A stretch of 64,000 nt of DNA from positions 263,670 through 327,669 of the forward strand of contig CAVQQD010000003.1 of NCBI GenBank assembly GCA_963714975.1, given 5' to 3'. The position numbers were made by a program, and so were the translations under genes. Origin of the DNA: an uncultured Gammaproteobacteria bacterium. GTDB lineage: Bacteria > Pseudomonadota > Gammaproteobacteria > JAURND01. The notes below the pieces were generated by a model, which worked only from the letters and a program-made list of their open reading frames with translations, was not told the DNA's origin and did not search any database. Below are positions 31,665 to 43,868 of the stretch, one piece after another (position 1 is the first letter of the stretch; each line of letters begins with the position of its first letter).

Positions 31665-32828
31665 TTGGAGTTAGTATTTGTTCGCAGGAGGATTTTCATG
31701 ATTCGTCAACTTTGGTTATTGGTCCTAGGTGCTTTCGTATTAGGTTTGGATGCCTTTGTACTCGCTGGACTATTACCAGATATGGCGCAGGATTTTGGAA
31801 CAACACAAGCTTTAGTAGGCTTGGGTGTAGCTTTGTTCACCGCCGCCTATGCTGTCAGCGCACCAGCATTGGCATCTTTTGCTGGGAAATATTCGACTCG
31901 CAAAGCCTTATTAGCAGGACTTGGCTTGTTTACACTTGGGAATGTGGCAACAATGCTAGCGCCTTCCCTGGGAGTTTTACTTATTGCTCGATTAGTGGCA
32001 GGGGTTGGTGCAGGGCTTTATTCACCACTCGCTTCATCAAGCGCTGCTAATAGTGTGGAAGCCAGTCAACGGGGTCGCGCTTTGTCTATGGTATTAGCTG
32101 GGCTGAGCACAGGAACTGCTTTAGGAGTCCCTGTAGGATTACTGATAGCAAGCCAGTTTGGCTGGCGCTGGACCATTGGTCTTATTGTGCTACTCGGGCT
32201 CATTGCAGCAGCAGGCATCGCTGGTAATACCCGTAGGTTTCCTGCATCACGACCCATTGCTTGGAAAAAGCGCCTTGCTTCACTTCGTGAGTCTTTTACT
32301 CTTGCTACCCTGGGTGTGACTCTGTGGACTGCTATTGCTTCATTGGGGCTTTATACTTACCTTGCCGAGGTTTCTGCAGCTCGCGGAATGGAAACATCTA
32401 TAAATGTTTTTATCTGGTTGTGGGGTCTAGGCGGAATGAGTGGTGCACTACTTATTGGGCGAGTGATTGACTTGTATCTACCTCCGGCAAAAGCCACGCT
32501 AGTTTTGCTGACATTCCTTGTCATTGGATTTGTTTTAGTTTGTTATGGCTCGCAGATATTCGTGGGAATGGGTTGTCTGTTATGGGGTTTAGCAGGCTGG
32601 GCTAGCATTGCACCACAACAACATGCATTGGTGACGAATAATGATACGCTTGCTTCCTCATCTATCGCGTGGAATTCATCAATCAATTACTTAGGAAGTG
32701 CTATCGGGACGACATTTGGGGCTGTGGCATTGAGTGTGCATATATCTGCTTCTTGGTTGCCGATAGGAGCAGTAGCAGCTGTGATTGTAGCGGCAGGAAT
32801 CCATTTCATTAAGATAAGACAGCGTTAA
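31665..32828 (+). CDS. MFS transporter (12 TM)
   Basis: Twelve hydrophobic helices; MFS-type GxLaDrxGrr-like loop (GKYSTRKALLAGLG). Confidence 0.75.
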   Translation: MELVFVRRRIFMIRQLWLLVLGAFVLGLDAFVLAGLLPDMAQDFGTTQALVGLGVALFTAAYAVSAPALASFAGKYSTRKALLAGLGLFTLGNVATMLAPSLGVLLIARLVAGVGAGLYSPLASSSAANSVEASQRGRALSMVLAGLSTGTALGVPVGLLIASQFGWRWTIGLIVLLGLIAAAGIAGNTRRFPASRPIAWKKRLASLRESFTLATLGVTLWTAIASLGLYTYLAEVSAARGMETSINVFIWLWGLGGMSGALLIGRVIDLYLPPAKATLVLLTFLVIGFVLVCYGSQIFVGMGCLLWGLAGWASIAPQQHALVTNNDTLASSSIAWNSSINYLGSAIGTTFGAVALSVHISASWLPIGAVAAVIVAAGIHFIKIRQR

Positions 32829-33082
32829 CGCAATCGGGCATGTTTAAATCTGTGGTATCCATTGACTTCGGGAAGAAGGTATAGATTTACAACTTTTCTG
32901 CATTTCCATGGCTTCAAATTCCCGCTTATTTCTTTTTGGTCTGGGTTGGGGACTGCATTTTTTGCGCTTTGCAAATGTTCTAATGGCGCCCATGGAGCTT
33001 TTGGGGGATATTTTGGCATAGGGATTTGCAACAGGATGTAAGGAACGGGAATAAGTCTCCAAGGAGGGAGTTCCAGGGATTT

Positions 33083-34396
<1,314 letters not shown>

Positions 34397-34551
34397 TCAT
34401 AACTTAAAGTCCAGAGTCATCATAAGTTACGAGTTAACACATACGCTATACGCCGGAGGGGTGACGCGTAGAGCAACAACGCCGCGCGCAGTGTGCGAGC
34501 ACGGCGGGTTGCCCGCACGGCAGGACCCCGCAGGCGTACGAGGGGAGAAAG

Positions 34552-35490
34552 ATGCAAATTTTATTAGCGAATCCACGAGGTTTTTGTGCTGGTGTGGATC
34601 GTGCCATCGAAATTGTTGAACGTGCCTTAGAGTTACTTGGGCCGCCTATTTATGTGCGACATGAAGTGGTCCATAATCGCTTTGTGGTGGATGGCTTACG
34701 TGCTAAAGGTGCCTTTTTTACCGATAATATGGATGAAATTCCCAATGGAGCAACAGTTATTTTTAGTGCTCATGGTGTCCCTCAGATAGTGCGAACGCAG
34801 GCTAAGGCTCGCTCATTGCAAGTATTTGATGCTACGTGTCCCTTGGTGACTAAAGTCCATCTGGAAGTGGCGCGTTACAGCCGTCAAGGGCAAGAATGCA
34901 TCTTAATTGGACATGCGGGGCATCCTGAAGTCGAGGGGACAATGGGGCAATATAGCAATCCTGCTGGGGGAATGTATTTGGTGGAAAATACAGCTGATGT
35001 AGCAAAATTACAGATAAAAAATCCCGACAGTTTGTACTACGTCACCCAAACCACTTTATCGATCGATGATACGGTTCGCATCATTGAGGCCCTAAAACGA
35101 CGTTTTCCAACCATCCGGGGGCCGAAACATGAAGATATCTGCTATGCCACCCAAAATCGTCAAGATGCAGTAAAAGCATTAGCCGCAAAAGTTGAGGTGG
35201 TGATTGTCGTGGGCTCTACCAATAGTTCTAATTCTAATCGCTTGCGCGAACTTGCGGAACGTTTGGGCTGTCTGGCGTATTTGGTGGATAGTGCTGATGA
35301 GGTCAATGAAAGTTGGGTAAAAGGGAGGGTGAGTGTCGGGGTCACAGCCGGGGCTTCTGCCCCGGAGATTTTAGTCCAACAGGTCGTTGAAAAATTGCAA
35401 AAATTAGGTGGTGGAGTAGTCAAGGAACTCACTGGCACTCAGGAAAACATTATGTTTGCCTTGCCGAAAGAATTACGTTCCGCTGGGTGA
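34552..35490 (+). CDS. ispH: 4-hydroxy-3-methylbut-2-enyl diphosphate reductase
   Basis: [23 protein letters not shown], three conserved Cys (CAG, ATCPLV, ICYAT). Confidence 0.95.
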   Translation: MQILLANPRGFCAGVDRAIEIVERALELLGPPIYVRHEVVHNRFVVDGLRAKGAFFTDNMDEIPNGATVIFSAHGVPQIVRTQAKARSLQVFDATCPLVTKVHLEVARYSRQGQECILIGHAGHPEVEGTMGQYSNPAGGMYLVENTADVAKLQIKNPDSLYYVTQTTLSIDDTVRIIEALKRRFPTIRGPKHEDICYATQNRQDAVKALAAKVEVVIVVGSTNSSNSNRLRELAERLGCLAYLVDSADEVNESWVKGRVSVGVTAGASAPEILVQQVVEKLQKLGGGVVKELTGTQENIMFALPKELRSAG

Positions 35491-35590
35491 GAGTGAGCTG
35501 TTGTTGAATTGAATTAACACATAATTGATTTTCGGAGTAAAAAGTGCTAATTTTGTGCAAATTGTAAGTTACTTGCAGAGAGTAATATAT

Positions 35591-35902
35591 ATGGTAAAGA
35601 AAAAAACTGTAGGATATGTAGCGGGGGCAGCAGGAGTAACACTAGCACTTGGAGCACTTATAGCCATTTGTGTGGTCAATGGCGGCGGCGGCGCTACGGC
35701 AAAAAGGATATTTATTGCTCCCTTTCTAGGGGGGGATATTGATATTCCTCGTAATTTAGACAGTGTATTAGGAAAAACTAATATTGCCCTAGATGTATTG
35801 ATTGGAGTTGGGGTTTTGTTAGCATTGGTTGCTGTAATGTATTTAAAACATGTAAAAAAGAATAATACAGAGAATGAACCCTTCATCGCTCCCACTCCCT
35901 AA
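35591..35902 (+). CDS. Hypothetical small membrane protein
   Basis: Two TM helices; no motif. Confidence 0.3.
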   Translation: MVKKKTVGYVAGAAGVTLALGALIAICVVNGGGGATAKRIFIAPFLGGDIDIPRNLDSVLGKTNIALDVLIGVGVLLALVAVMYLKHVKKNNTENEPFIAPTP

Positions 35903-35995
35903 GCGACATAACCCATTCTATCCAGGGGTTGGTTATTCATGGCATTAACTGGCTCTATGAAGTTTTGAGTGGGTAGTGCGCCGTAGAAAGCTACA

Positions 35996-36430
35996 TTAAC
36001 CTTCACCCTTCGATAAAATTTCTGACAATACCTTATAATTTGTTAGGACTTTATTTTGGTAGTGTTCGTTTAAATGCGGGGTACGGGAGTGGTATCCTGC
36101 TACTCCCTCCCAATAACCTTGATTTGATTCAGCCAATGTCTCGGCAATCTTACTACTTAAAATCCAGGTGCCCACCATGACGTTAACACAGGGATCGTAC
36201 TGAATTTGTTGTTGGGTGTAACCATAGGGGACAATTTTTGCTAGCCAAATAGTATTAATCTGCATTGGGCCATAATCGTAAGTGCCATTTTTGTTAGGTT
36301 TCGCCATGCCCACCTCACCCCCTTCGGTGTTGAGCACCGAGATAATCACTTGGGCGGGCACATAATAAGTCACAGCGGCTTGATTAATACACTCCACGGG
36401 AACTCCATGAATGAGTAAAGCGCTTGGCAT
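35996..36430 (-). CDS. Specialised lytic transglycosylase (SLT domain; IagB/VirB1-like)
   Basis: YDYGPMQIN (Glu/Gln-containing SLT motif GLMQI-like), YDPCVNVMVGTWIL; 144 aa. Confidence 0.55.
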   Translation of the reverse strand: MPSALLIHGVPVECINQAAVTYYVPAQVIISVLNTEGGEVGMAKPNKNGTYDYGPMQINTIWLAKIVPYGYTQQQIQYDPCVNVMVGTWILSSKIAETLAESNQGYWEGVAGYHSRTPHLNEHYQNKVLTNYKVLSEILSKGEG

Positions 36431-36432
36431 GA

Positions 36433-37008
36433 TTATCCCTCTTCACCCCAGCGTTTGACTGAACCCACTTCAATATCAAATAAATCCAAAACACGTCCTA
36501 AGGAATGATGAATAATATCTTCCAGGGTAATCGGATTGTTATAGAATGCGGGTATGGGCGGAGCAATGATCCCGCCCATTTGCGTGACTTTTAACATATT
36601 TTCCAAGTGGCCCGCATGAAAGGGCGTTTCCCGCACCATCAAGGCTAATTTACGACGCTCTTTTAACACCACATCCGCTGCACGCGTAAGTAAACTACTG
36701 CTAACACCGCTGGCAATTTCCGCTAAGGTTCGCATCGAACAGGGGGCGATAATCATCCCCAGCGTTTTGTAAGAGCCACTTGCGATTGGAGCGCTAATAT
36801 CAGAGGGGGCATAACATATATCTGCCAAGGCTTGTAAAGCTTTAGTCGATAGTTTTACTTCGAATCCGCGGGTTAACTCAGCAGCCTTAGAAACAATAAG
36901 ATGAGTTTCAATCGGCAGAGGTTGTAATAATTCTAATAAACGGATGCCATAAATAATGCCTGAAGCACCGCTAATACCAATGATTAGGCGGCGTGGAGTT
37001 GTGGCCAT
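36433..37008 (-). CDS. ubiX: Flavin prenyltransferase UbiX
   Basis: [22 protein letters not shown] flavoprotein fold, Pad1/UbiX family; 191 aa. Confidence 0.9.
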   Translation of the reverse strand: MATTPRRLIIGISGASGIIYGIRLLELLQPLPIETHLIVSKAAELTRGFEVKLSTKALQALADICYAPSDISAPIASGSYKTLGMIIAPCSMRTLAEIASGVSSSLLTRAADVVLKERRKLALMVRETPFHAGHLENMLKVTQMGGIIAPPIPAFYNNPITLEDIIHHSLGRVLDLFDIEVGSVKRWGEEG

Positions 37009-37050
37009 TACGGTATTCCTCTGGCCAGTAGCGCCGTGTAAGCTGCATAC

Positions 37051-37449
37051 ATGAACAAAGGTTTTACTTTACTAGAGATGATCACTGTATTAGCTATTAT
37101 TGGCCTGTTGGTCACGGTCAGCTACCCTCTTTATCTCCATCATATTCTCAAAACACGACGCTCTTCTGCCCAAGTTGCCTTGCTGCAGCTGGCCTCTGGC
37201 TTGGAACAATACCGTAGTATACACAATACTTATCAGGGTGCGACACTCATGGATGCTGGATTGGATCCCTACACTGAAAACAAATATTACCAGATAGGAA
37301 TAAAAACCTTGAGCGATGCTAGTTATTTGCTTGAGACCACTCCTTTAGGAAAACAAACAGAGGATAGTTGTGGGACGTTAGGCTTAGATCATTTGGGTAA
37401 TAAAAGTGTTTCAGGGAGCGCTCGAGTGGAGGAGTGTTGGGGGCAATAG
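37051..37449 (+). CDS. pilE: Type IV pilin (PilE-like; N-methylation motif)
   Basis: Prepilin leader [20 protein letters not shown] (G|FTLLE cleavage/methylation site). Confidence 0.85.
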   Translation: MNKGFTLLEMITVLAIIGLLVTVSYPLYLHHILKTRRSSAQVALLQLASGLEQYRSIHNTYQGATLMDAGLDPYTENKYYQIGIKTLSDASYLLETTPLGKQTEDSCGTLGLDHLGNKSVSGSARVEECWGQ

Positions 37450-37526
37450 GCTGAGGTAGATCATACTTCCCAAGCAGCTTAAGCCAATATACAATCAGGC
37501 AACAAAACCTATCGAGAACCTATGCC

Positions 37527-39324
37527 ATGAAATTCCCCATTGGGATCAGCGATTTTAAAGAAATTATCAAGGGGAATTTTTATTTCTTTGATAAGAGCTT
37601 ATTTATCAAAGAAGTCCTTGATGACACCAAAGTCTTATTAATCACCCGTCCGCGACGTTTTGGCAAGACTTTAAATATGTCAATGTTACGACATTTTTTT
37701 GCCAAAGCAATTTGGGGTGAAGCCACTGATCCTACGTTATTCGATGGCTTAAACATTACTCATTGCTCAGCAGAATATCTTCAGCATCAAGGTCGTTATC
37801 CGGTGATTTTCTTAACTCTGAAAGATGTAAAGGATAGTAATTTCGACAGTTTTCTATACCAGTTTTTGCCAGGTGCTTAGCAGGCTTTATTCTGAGCACC
37901 GTTATTTGTTAGATAGCGACAGCTTATATGCTGAAGATAAAAAAGTTTATCGATCTATTCTGGATCAACAAGCCACTTTTGCCAATATTCAGGCTGCTTT
38001 AGAAAATTTAACTCGCTATTTGTATCTGCATCATAAAATCTCTCCTGTAGTATTAATCGATGAATACGACACTCCGATACAATCAGGCTATGCGCATACT
38101 TATTATGATGAGGTGGTTGGATTATTTCGCCATTTTTTAGGTGCTGCCTTAAAGGATAATCCTTTTTTATTTAAGGCAGTATTGACGGGAATTTTACGCG
38201 TTTCTAAAGAAAGTTTATTTTCAGGATTAAATAATATCAAAGTCTATTCAGTATTAAATCCGCGCTATGGTGCGTATTTTGGTTTTACTGAACCCGAGGT
38301 TGCGAAATTATTAGCAGATACAAAACTAGAATCTTATAAGGAGCGTATTAAAGATTGGTATAATGGCTATCAAATTGGCGAATGTGTTCTTTATAATCCC
38401 TGGTCGGTTCTGTCCTGTCTCGATGAAAAAATGTTCAAACCTTACTGGGTTAATACCAGCGATAATCTATTAATTAAACAGTTATTCTTACAGTCAAACC
38501 TAGGTTTTAAAGAGCGCTTTGAAGATATCTTGCAAGACAAACCTATTAGCCAACTTATCGATGAAAATTTTGTGTTCCCGGATTTAACAGGTAATAATGC
38601 TGCGCAACGAACAAGTTCGTTGCTTGCAATCAGGGGGGAGAATACCGATTTCTCCCCCCTGATAACCCCCCATCGGGGTTGTGCAGCGAGAACCGCTGCT
38701 GGTTTGAGTAAATCTCGTGAATCAGCAGTTTGGAATTTATTGTTATTGACTGGATATTTAAAAGTGGTTTCAATAGAGCATACGGTAAGAGGGACAATAT
38801 GTCGATTGACCATTCCCAATCATGAAGTGCGCGGACTGTTTCAACAAATTATCGAACGCTGGTTGGCTAATGGTTTTGGTTTTGATTGGTACAATGAATT
38901 TATTAATCAATTATTGCAAGGAGATATAGCCAACTTCACCCAAGGTTTGCAAGAAGTGATGCAGCAAACAGCTAGTTTTCATGATTTGGCCAAAGAGCCT
39001 GAGGCATTTTATCATGGGTTAATTTTGGGATTAACAGCTAGTTTACATGGGCATCCTCAGTATGAAATTCGCTCCAATCGGGAGAGTGGCAAGGGTCGCT
39101 ATGATTATGCCATTATTGCCCGTAATCCGGAGCAACTATCATTACTATTAGAATTTAAAAAGGCTACTGATGCCGAATTAACCAAGGCTGCACAAGCTGC
39201 TTTACAGCAAATTCATCAACAAGACTATGTCAGCGAACTAAAACAACGCGGTAAACACGCTATTCTAGGTGTTGGGATTGCTTTTTCTGGCAAGCACTTT
39301 GAGGTGGCATATGCGCCGGTGTAA
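37527..39324 (+). pseudogene. AAA-ATPase-like/PD-(D/E)XK fusion, paralog of 1660..3348, disrupted by a +1 frameshift in a T5 run (37863-37867)
   Basis: ORFs 37527..37880 and 37873..39324 together align over the full length of the 1660..3348 protein (ITRPRRFGKTLNMSML ... GKGRYDYAIIARNPEQLSLLLEFKK). Removing one T restores the frame. Confidence 0.75.
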
Positions 39325-39349
39325 GCTGCCAAAGTTCTTAATAGGATGA

Positions 39350-39847
39350 TCAGTACACATAAAACCGCATTAACATCGCAATAGCCATTAAGACCATAGA
39401 TATATCTTCTATCAATGTAATGACAGACATAGGAAGTTTTAATACTGCCCCCAAACAGCCGCAAACGATGGTTTGTTTTTTTATTAATGCCTGTGCCACA
39501 CCAATGCTAGAAAATCCCATTAAAAGAATAGTAACGACTAAAACTGCAATATTTGCTTCTTGAACTAGATAGGCGATTCCCAACCCTAACTCTAAAAAGG
39601 GATAAATATAACCATAATAATGCCAGCGAGTTGCCAGTACATCATATCTGGCATAGGCCATTGCAAATCCTGGCAAATCAAGTAGTTTAAATGCGGAGAA
39701 AACCAGGAAAAAACCAGCCATAAAATGATTCATCCAAATGTGCCACGAAGGCTGTCCTGATTGAATGCTGGTGATATAGGAAACCACTGTAATGTAAGCG
39801 ATAATTAAAACCAATGGATAATAAGTTTTTAAGTTCTCATTGCTCAT
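39350..39847 (-). CDS. 4-TM membrane protein with a CGC motif (MauE/DoxX-like, tentative), divergent from the MerR-family regulator
   Basis: 165 aa, four hydrophobic helices, IVCGCLGAV in the last helix. Confidence 0.4.
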   Translation of the reverse strand: MSNENLKTYYPLVLIIAYITVVSYITSIQSGQPSWHIWMNHFMAGFFLVFSAFKLLDLPGFAMAYARYDVLATRWHYYGYIYPFLELGLGIAYLVQEANIAVLVVTILLMGFSSIGVAQALIKKQTIVCGCLGAVLKLPMSVITLIEDISMVLMAIAMLMRFYVY

Positions 39848-39922
39848 AAAAATCCTCCCTTGTTATAGCTTGAAAGTGTATATACAATAAACCCCGTAGC
39901 AAGGTACGGAGTCAAGCGTTTT

Positions 39923-40324
39923 ATGAAAGATAAAATAACTATATCTCAATTTGCACGGGCCGGAGGAGTGGGAGTTGAAACGGTGCGTTTCTACCAACGA
40001 CGTGGTTTACTCCCTATACCTAAAGCAACCAATGGATATCGTCATTATGATGAAAGCTTATTGCGGCGATTGCACTTTATTCGGCGAGCCCAATTAGGTG
40101 GCTTTACGCTTAAGGAAATTCAAGAATTGCTGCAATACCATCTCTTAGAACATCGTCAGCAGATTCAGGGTATTGCGCGGACACGTTTGAATAAGCTTAT
40201 CACTCATATTGGGCAGTTAGAGAATATTCGTGATGCTTTAGCGCAGCTCGTGGAGCAATGTGAAAAAAATAATACTCAGGGAGTTTGTCCGATTATACAG
40301 GCGTTAGATGATAAAGCATGTTAA
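39923..40324 (+). CDS. MerR-family transcriptional regulator, CueR-like (C-x8-CPII metal-binding loop)
   Basis: N-terminal MerR HTH (ITISQFARAGGVGVETVRFYQRRGLL); C-terminal EQCEKNNTQGVCPIIQ resembles the CueR Cu(I)-binding loop C..CPII. Confidence 0.7.
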   Translation: MKDKITISQFARAGGVGVETVRFYQRRGLLPIPKATNGYRHYDESLLRRLHFIRRAQLGGFTLKEIQELLQYHLLEHRQQIQGIARTRLNKLITHIGQLENIRDALAQLVEQCEKNNTQGVCPIIQALDDKAC

Positions 40325-40493
40325 GATGTATTGGGATGTAATTGAAGTTAAAGTAGCAGAAATTTAAGCCTCTATGTTCGTTTTGCCGATGGTACGGAAG
40401 GTCGAATACGATTTATGCCACAGCATTTAACCGGTGTTTTTGAACCCTTAAAGAACCCGCAATTTTTTAATCAAGTATTCATTTGGGTTCATT

Positions 40494-40976
40494 ATGATAA
40501 AATCAAAAAAAATTCTTGAATTGCTACTTATTTTGTCATCTTGCTGTGTTAATGTTTATGCTTTTAATACTACCAACGCAAATGTCGATCAATCTAGAGT
40601 TATAGCGACCGTTAAGAAGGCAGAAAATTACATTAGAAAATATGGAATAGAAAACGCAATGATGGAGTTTAGAAAAAATCCTGATGATATTTTTATAGCA
40701 GATTATAAGGGGGTGTTTTATGCTTCCCCATTACATCCTGAATTGATTGGAAGTAGCCAATTTAATTACAAAGATGCTTCAGGTGTGCTTGTCGTTCAAG
40801 AAGAAATTGAGAAAGCAAAGGCAGGTGGTGGTTGGCTTAAAGGGCGTTGGAGAAAAATTCCTCAGACGGGAAATTATCAATGTAGAAAAATTTATATTCT
40901 TCCTGTTTCTGACAATTATTTTATTGGCTCTTGGTATCATTATTCTTCTAGTAAACCAGGAAGTTGTTTAATTTGA
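40494..40976 (+). CDS. Secreted single-Cache (sCache_2-like) domain protein, stand-alone
   Basis: Signal peptide; Cache-like pattern KGVFYASPLHPELIGSSQFNYKDASGV...GGGWLKGRW.KIPQTGNY...KIYILPV...WYH. Confidence 0.45.
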   Translation: MIKSKKILELLLILSSCCVNVYAFNTTNANVDQSRVIATVKKAENYIRKYGIENAMMEFRKNPDDIFIADYKGVFYASPLHPELIGSSQFNYKDASGVLVVQEEIEKAKAGGGWLKGRWRKIPQTGNYQCRKIYILPVSDNYFIGSWYHYSSSKPGSCLI

Positions 40977-40992
40977 TTCGCTGGTTGGTTAA

Positions 40993-41022
40993 CATTGCCG
41001 AAAATAGCTATTTTCGGCAATG
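40993..41022. terminator. 30-nt perfect palindrome (cattgccgaaaatag|ctattttcggcaatg) between converging genes; bidirectional terminator or operator
   Basis: Seen directly; 15-bp arms with no spacer. Confidence 0.45.
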
Positions 41023-41074
41023 AATTAGTTATGCAGCTTCCTCTTCTTGCCATGGATGAACTTCTTTCGATTTT

Positions 41075-43345
41075 TTATTCCTCAGCCTGACTAAACCCAC
41101 AGCCTTTTTGCGGACAAACTTTTTCTGTACCGCGGCGTTTGGTGGTTTTCAAAGTGAGAATGAGCCAACCGCACTTGGGGCAGGGCTCAGGCAAAGGTTC
41201 ATTCCATACGGCGTATTTGCAGGTGGGATAAGTGGAGCAAGAGTAAAATATTTTTTTGTAGCGTGATTTACGTTTCAGCAGATGGCCTTTCGTGCATTCT
41301 GGACAAATGATTCCAGTGTCTTGAGGTTTTTCCAAGGGTTCCATATGCTTGCAATTGGGATAATTGCTGCAGCCAATAAATTTTCCATAGCGCCCCGTTT
41401 TTATTACCAGGGAGGAATTGCATTCAGGGCAAGTGCGACCTTCAATCACTTCGGGTTCAGCTGCAGCTGTTTCGCTGCTGTCTTCAAGCCCGCGGGTATA
41501 ATCGCATTCTGGATATCCGGTACAGCCAATAAAGCGCCCACGTTTTCCTAGGCGAATGACTAAAGGCTTGCCACATTTTGGGCAGGCTTCTTCAATCGCT
41601 TCTTGGGTGACATCGCTGCGTTTTACGGTTTCCTGCGTTTGGGCCACTAGGGATATAAAAGGTTGCCAAAATTCGGCTAACATCGGCACCCATGGATGCT
41701 CGCCGCGAGCAATCGCATCGAGTTCGTCTTCCAAGCGTGCAGTAAAGTCATAGTCAACATACTGGGAAAAATACTGGGTCAAAAATCGATTCACAATACG
41801 ACCAATATCGGTGGGTTTAAAACGCTTTTGTTCCAGCGTCACATATTCCCGATGTTTTAGAGTGTAAATAATGCTCGAATAAGTAGAAGGACGACCAATG
41901 CCATGTTCTTCTAACGCCTTTACTAAGCTAGCTTCGGAAAAACGGGGTGGTGGTTCAGTAAAATGTTGTAGCGCTTCTATCGATAATAATTTTACTTCAT
42001 CACCTTCCTCCATGGCTGGCAGTAACTTACTGTCACCCTCTTCAGATTTCTTGGGATCGTCGACGTCTTCCTGATAGACCGCAATAAAGCCTGGGTCAGT
42101 CACTACCGAACCATTGGCGCGTAAGCGATTGCCGTCTCCACAACTTAAATCCACAGCCACCGTATCAATGGTAGCAGGGATCATCTGACAGGCCACAGTG
42201 CGTTTCCAAATTAAGTCGTAAAGTTTAAATTGTTCTGGACTTAAAGACTCTTTGAGTGATTCTGGAGTACGTTCCACCACAGTGGGGCGCACTGCTTCAT
42301 GTGCTTCTTGCGCACTTTTGGATTTGGTGTGAAAAATTCGCGGACTTTGTGGGACATTCTTTTTGCCGAAGCGTTTGGCAATAAAATCACGAATATCATG
42401 AATAGCTTCTTGCGCCAAAGTCACGGAGTCAGTACGCATGTAGGTGATAAAACCACCTTCATACAATTGTTGGGCAATTCGCATGGTGCGATCGGTAGTA
42501 AATCCTAATTTGCGTGCCGCTTCTTGTTGCAAGGTAGAGGTAATAAAAGGAGGAGCAGGATTGCGTTTACGCTGTTTTTTTTCTACGTGAATCACGCGCA
42601 GCCCCTTTTTCCCTACTTTTAACAAGGCTGTTTCAATAGCTTTAGCTTGCTGCGATTCGGTGATGGAAAATTGTTCTAATTTTGTTCCTTGATATTCCAC
42701 CAAGCGTGCCATAAAAGGCTGTTGTTCGTGTTCTGCTTGGGCTTCAACGGTCCAATATTCCTGGGATTGAAATTTCTCAATTTCAATTTCACGTTCGACG
42801 ATCATGCGTAATGCTGGGCTTTGTACGCGACCTGCAGATAAACCAGGTCGGACTTTACGCCAGAGCAGGGGAGAGAGGTTAAAACCAACGAGATAGTCTA
42901 GGGCACGGCGAGCTTGTTGGGCATTGACTAAATCCATGGAAATATCGCGAGGATATTTAACCGCTTGGTCTACTGCAGATTGAGTAATTTCATAAAAGGC
43001 AACGCGGAAAGCTGGCTTTTTAGCCAAGACTTTTTGCTGGCGCATTAATTCTAGAATGTGCCAAGAGATAGCTTCTCCTTCGCGATCTGGGTCAGTGGCG
43101 AGGTAGAGCGCATCTGCGCCTTTCAGCGCTTTAGCAATCTCAGCAACATGCTTGGCATTCTTTTCGATGATTTCGTATTTCATCGCAAAGTCATGTTCAG
43201 GATCCACCGCCCCTTCTTTGGGAATCAAATCACGAACATGCCCGTAACAAGCTAATACTTCAAAATGCTTTCCCAAATATTTTTTTATGGTTTTTGCTTT
43301 GGCTGGCGATTCAACAACAAGCAAATTTTTTGATGACATTGTCAA
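41075..43345 (-). CDS. topA: DNA topoisomerase I
   Basis: Toprim N-terminus LLVVESPAKAKTIKKYLG, catalytic Tyr region, three C-terminal C4 zinc ribbons; 756 aa. Confidence 0.95.
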   Translation of the reverse strand: MTMSSKNLLVVESPAKAKTIKKYLGKHFEVLACYGHVRDLIPKEGAVDPEHDFAMKYEIIEKNAKHVAEIAKALKGADALYLATDPDREGEAISWHILELMRQQKVLAKKPAFRVAFYEITQSAVDQAVKYPRDISMDLVNAQQARRALDYLVGFNLSPLLWRKVRPGLSAGRVQSPALRMIVEREIEIEKFQSQEYWTVEAQAEHEQQPFMARLVEYQGTKLEQFSITESQQAKAIETALLKVGKKGLRVIHVEKKQRKRNPAPPFITSTLQQEAARKLGFTTDRTMRIAQQLYEGGFITYMRTDSVTLAQEAIHDIRDFIAKRFGKKNVPQSPRIFHTKSKSAQEAHEAVRPTVVERTPESLKESLSPEQFKLYDLIWKRTVACQMIPATIDTVAVDLSCGDGNRLRANGSVVTDPGFIAVYQEDVDDPKKSEEGDSKLLPAMEEGDEVKLLSIEALQHFTEPPPRFSEASLVKALEEHGIGRPSTYSSIIYTLKHREYVTLEQKRFKPTDIGRIVNRFLTQYFSQYVDYDFTARLEDELDAIARGEHPWVPMLAEFWQPFISLVAQTQETVKRSDVTQEAIEEACPKCGKPLVIRLGKRGRFIGCTGYPECDYTRGLEDSSETAAAEPEVIEGRTCPECNSSLVIKTGRYGKFIGCSNYPNCKHMEPLEKPQDTGIICPECTKGHLLKRKSRYKKIFYSCSTYPTCKYAVWNEPLPEPCPKCGWLILTLKTTKRRGTEKVCPQKGCGFSQAEE

Positions 43346-43380
43346 TAGACCCTAGTTTGTGCAGTTCCTACACCTGTGGC

Positions 43381-43851
43381 TTAGTGTAAATGGTTGCGGT
43401 TCGCTTGTACCAGGAGTCGCTCAATACAAGCACTGAAGAATTCATCGGATTGTTGGTCTAGAACCATTAATACGATCCATTGAATATTTGTCGGTGTAAT
43501 TTCTTTGGGGGATAGTTGCAACAATTGGTCCAAAACAAGCTCTCGCGTGACTGGGGTTAAGACGCCACTTTGTTCTAAGTTGATTAAGAGCGCTTGGCAG
43601 TATTTATCCATTCTACTGATTTCAAAATCCGAAAGAACGCGGGTGCCGTGTTGGGCTTGGAGGGGATATTCTTCAATTGGGTACTCAAGTGGCGTGTTAT
43701 CTTCTCTGCAGGTGACTAGATAAGGTAGCCCTTCTAAAGGGACTTCTAGGTGGTGTAACTTAGAAACCGTTTGCTGTTCATCCGAAACCACAGGCCAGCC
43801 TTCGCTAAGCTGTTCGAAAAAATATAATAACATTTGAAATACTTCGTTCAT
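43381..43851 (-). CDS. smg: Smg protein (DUF494)
   Basis: Position between dprA and topA as in E. coli smf-smg-topA; N-terminal MNEVFQMLLYFFE resembles Smg MFDVLMYLFE. Confidence 0.7.
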   Translation of the reverse strand: MNEVFQMLLYFFEQLSEGWPVVSDEQQTVSKLHHLEVPLEGLPYLVTCREDNTPLEYPIEEYPLQAQHGTRVLSDFEISRMDKYCQALLINLEQSGVLTPVTRELVLDQLLQLSPKEITPTNIQWIVLMVLDQQSDEFFSACIERLLVQANRNHLH

Positions 43852-43868
43852 ATCAGCGTTGTTAATCC

